Positions 62,516 through 64,000 of a stretch of 64,000 nucleotides of DNA are shown here, one piece after another; within the stretch, counting starts at the first letter, position 1; every line of letters begins with the position of its first letter. This stretch comes from Chara braunii (Eukaryota; Plantae; Charophyceae): the NCBI GenBank assembly GCA_003427395.1, contig BFEA01000031.1:2745770-2809769 (forward strand), read 5' to 3'. The notes beneath the pieces are model-generated. The model was not told where the DNA came from. It made no database searches and saw nothing but the letters and a program-made list of their open reading frames with translations. Both the position numbers and the translations under genes were made by a program.

Positions 62516-64000
62516 ACAGGGTCACCAGCCCGTACGTACGGAGGTCCACGGGCCGACCTTTGTACGTACGGCATTCGGGGTCCCGTTCGGGGTCCGAACC
62601 CGAAGGCGTTCTGTGACGGGGCGAAGGTAGAGCAGTGAGTTCGGGGAAGAGAGAGGAAGGAAGTGAGAGCATACACACACACTGACTCAACTCAACACGG
62701 ACTCGACACGACTCGACGGACGCAGACACAAAGTGGCAAAGTGGCAAAGTCGCAAAGTCGCAATCTTGGTTCCGTACACAGTATTGCAGCAAGTCACACT
62801 GAAGCACATGAACTGAGGCTGAAAACTGAGTCTCCGAACTCAGCTTGAGTCTGGTCTTAAGTACCAAACTTGAGTTGAGTCCGAGGGCAAAAGTGCAATT
62901 TGCCTCAGGGCTGAACTGAAAATCGAAGGTCTGAGCCTGGGCGCCAGAATGCCGGATGGTGCCAAGTACGAAATCCGAAAGTGGTAGAGGCGGGATTTGA
63001 GAACGGGCGCCAACTGCAGAGGGCGCCAACAGTCAGGAACCGGAGGTCAAAAACTCCAAAAAAAATAGATAAGCAGCCTGGTAGGTGGTACCCCGCGGAC
63101 CAGGGATCGAGCCGTGGCTGAGTCCGTAACACGTTCGGCCTCCGCCATAAAATATTTCGGGGCTTAAAAATAAATGTTTTTTTCTGAATTGCTTTTTGTG
63201 ACTTCTCTATGAGGAACATGCATGTAAATTTTGAAGTCATTTTGCTTATCCAAAACAAAATTAAAAATTGCCAAAGATGGCGGTGTCGAAACTTGCTCTC
63301 CCACTCACTATTTTGTTTTTTTTCACTTTTTACTTTTTGTTTTCACTTTATTTTGCGGCCTAAAAAAATATATTATTTTTGAAACTTTTTAGCATGGTAA
63401 CCTCGGACCCTTCCGGATTGTTTCCCGGACCTGCGTCTGGACCAGTTCAGACTGTCCGGTGTTCCGGACAACACCAGACACCGGACAACACCGGACAACG
63501 GACTGTCCGGACTTTGCTATCACGGACAAGATGTTCGGGAAAAAAAAAAAAAAAAAGAGCTCACCTGGTTCGCATTTCCCGACTCTCTTCCGCTCGTCCA
63601 CCCCATCTTTCCCGACTCCTCGCCAGTCTCCATCCCTCCCCGAACGTCCTCCCAAACATCCCCGAACCTCCTATCTTCCAGTCCCCATCCTGACCCTCTT
63701 CCGCTCGTCCCCCCCATCTTTCCCGACTCCCCGCCAGTCTCCATCCCTCCCCGAACCTCCTCCCAGACCTCCCCGAACGTCCTACCCACCAGTCCCCATC
63801 TTGACCCTCTTCCGCTCGTCCACCCCATCTTTCCCGACTCCCCTCTGGTCTCCATCCCTCCCCGAACCTCCTCCCAGACCTCCCCGGACGTCCTACCCAC
63901 GAGTCCCCATCTCGACCCTCTTCCGCTCGTCCCCCCCATCTTTCCCGACTCCCCGCCAATCTCCATCCCTCCCCGAACCTCCTCCCAGACCTCCCCGAAC
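62516..64000. mobile_element. Left arm of a probable DNA transposon starting CAGGGTCACCAG at the edge of a TA microsatellite
   Basis: Abrupt start after (TA)n at 62390-62515. Palindromic subterminal motifs (CCGTACGTACGG) and CCGGAC repeats at 63400-63540. The other end is outside the window. Confidence 0.5.
63580..64000. repeat. 111-bp minisatellite, about 4 copies
   Basis: CTCTTCCGCTCGTCC at 63585, 63696, 63807 and 63918. Confidence 0.92.

Noticed and set aside
63520-63966. Repetitive Gly/Arg-rich ORFs
   Set aside because: The 111-bp stop-poor minisatellite is open in several frames; no coding evidence.

Overview
Repeat-dominated eukaryotic scaffold with several N gaps. The U6 and 28S fragments are plant-type, so a streptophyte (charophyte or bryophyte-like) genome is inferred but not proven. 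No intact host protein-coding gene is supported. Contents: (1) many 5'-truncated L1/Tx1-like LINEs, several nested with exact target-site duplications (TSDs) and sharing a conserved 3'-UTR hairpin; (2) a tRNA-derived SINE and a satellite built from tRNA-like modules; (3) a decayed tyrosine-recombinase retrotransposon at about 26.7-32.3 kb with intron-containing ORF1, RT, RNase H and adenine methyltransferase on + and the recombinase on -, tail to tail; (4) several non-autonomous DNA transposons (hAT-like, TTAA-type, 4-bp TSD, TA-microsatellite associated); (5) a Ulp1/C48 protease relic and a long unknown ORF relic; (6) large non-coding LTR-like segments. Two of these carry diverged copies of an approximately 1-kb region with compensatory base changes, suggesting a conserved structured RNA. 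That region and the recombinase element are the best novelty candidates.
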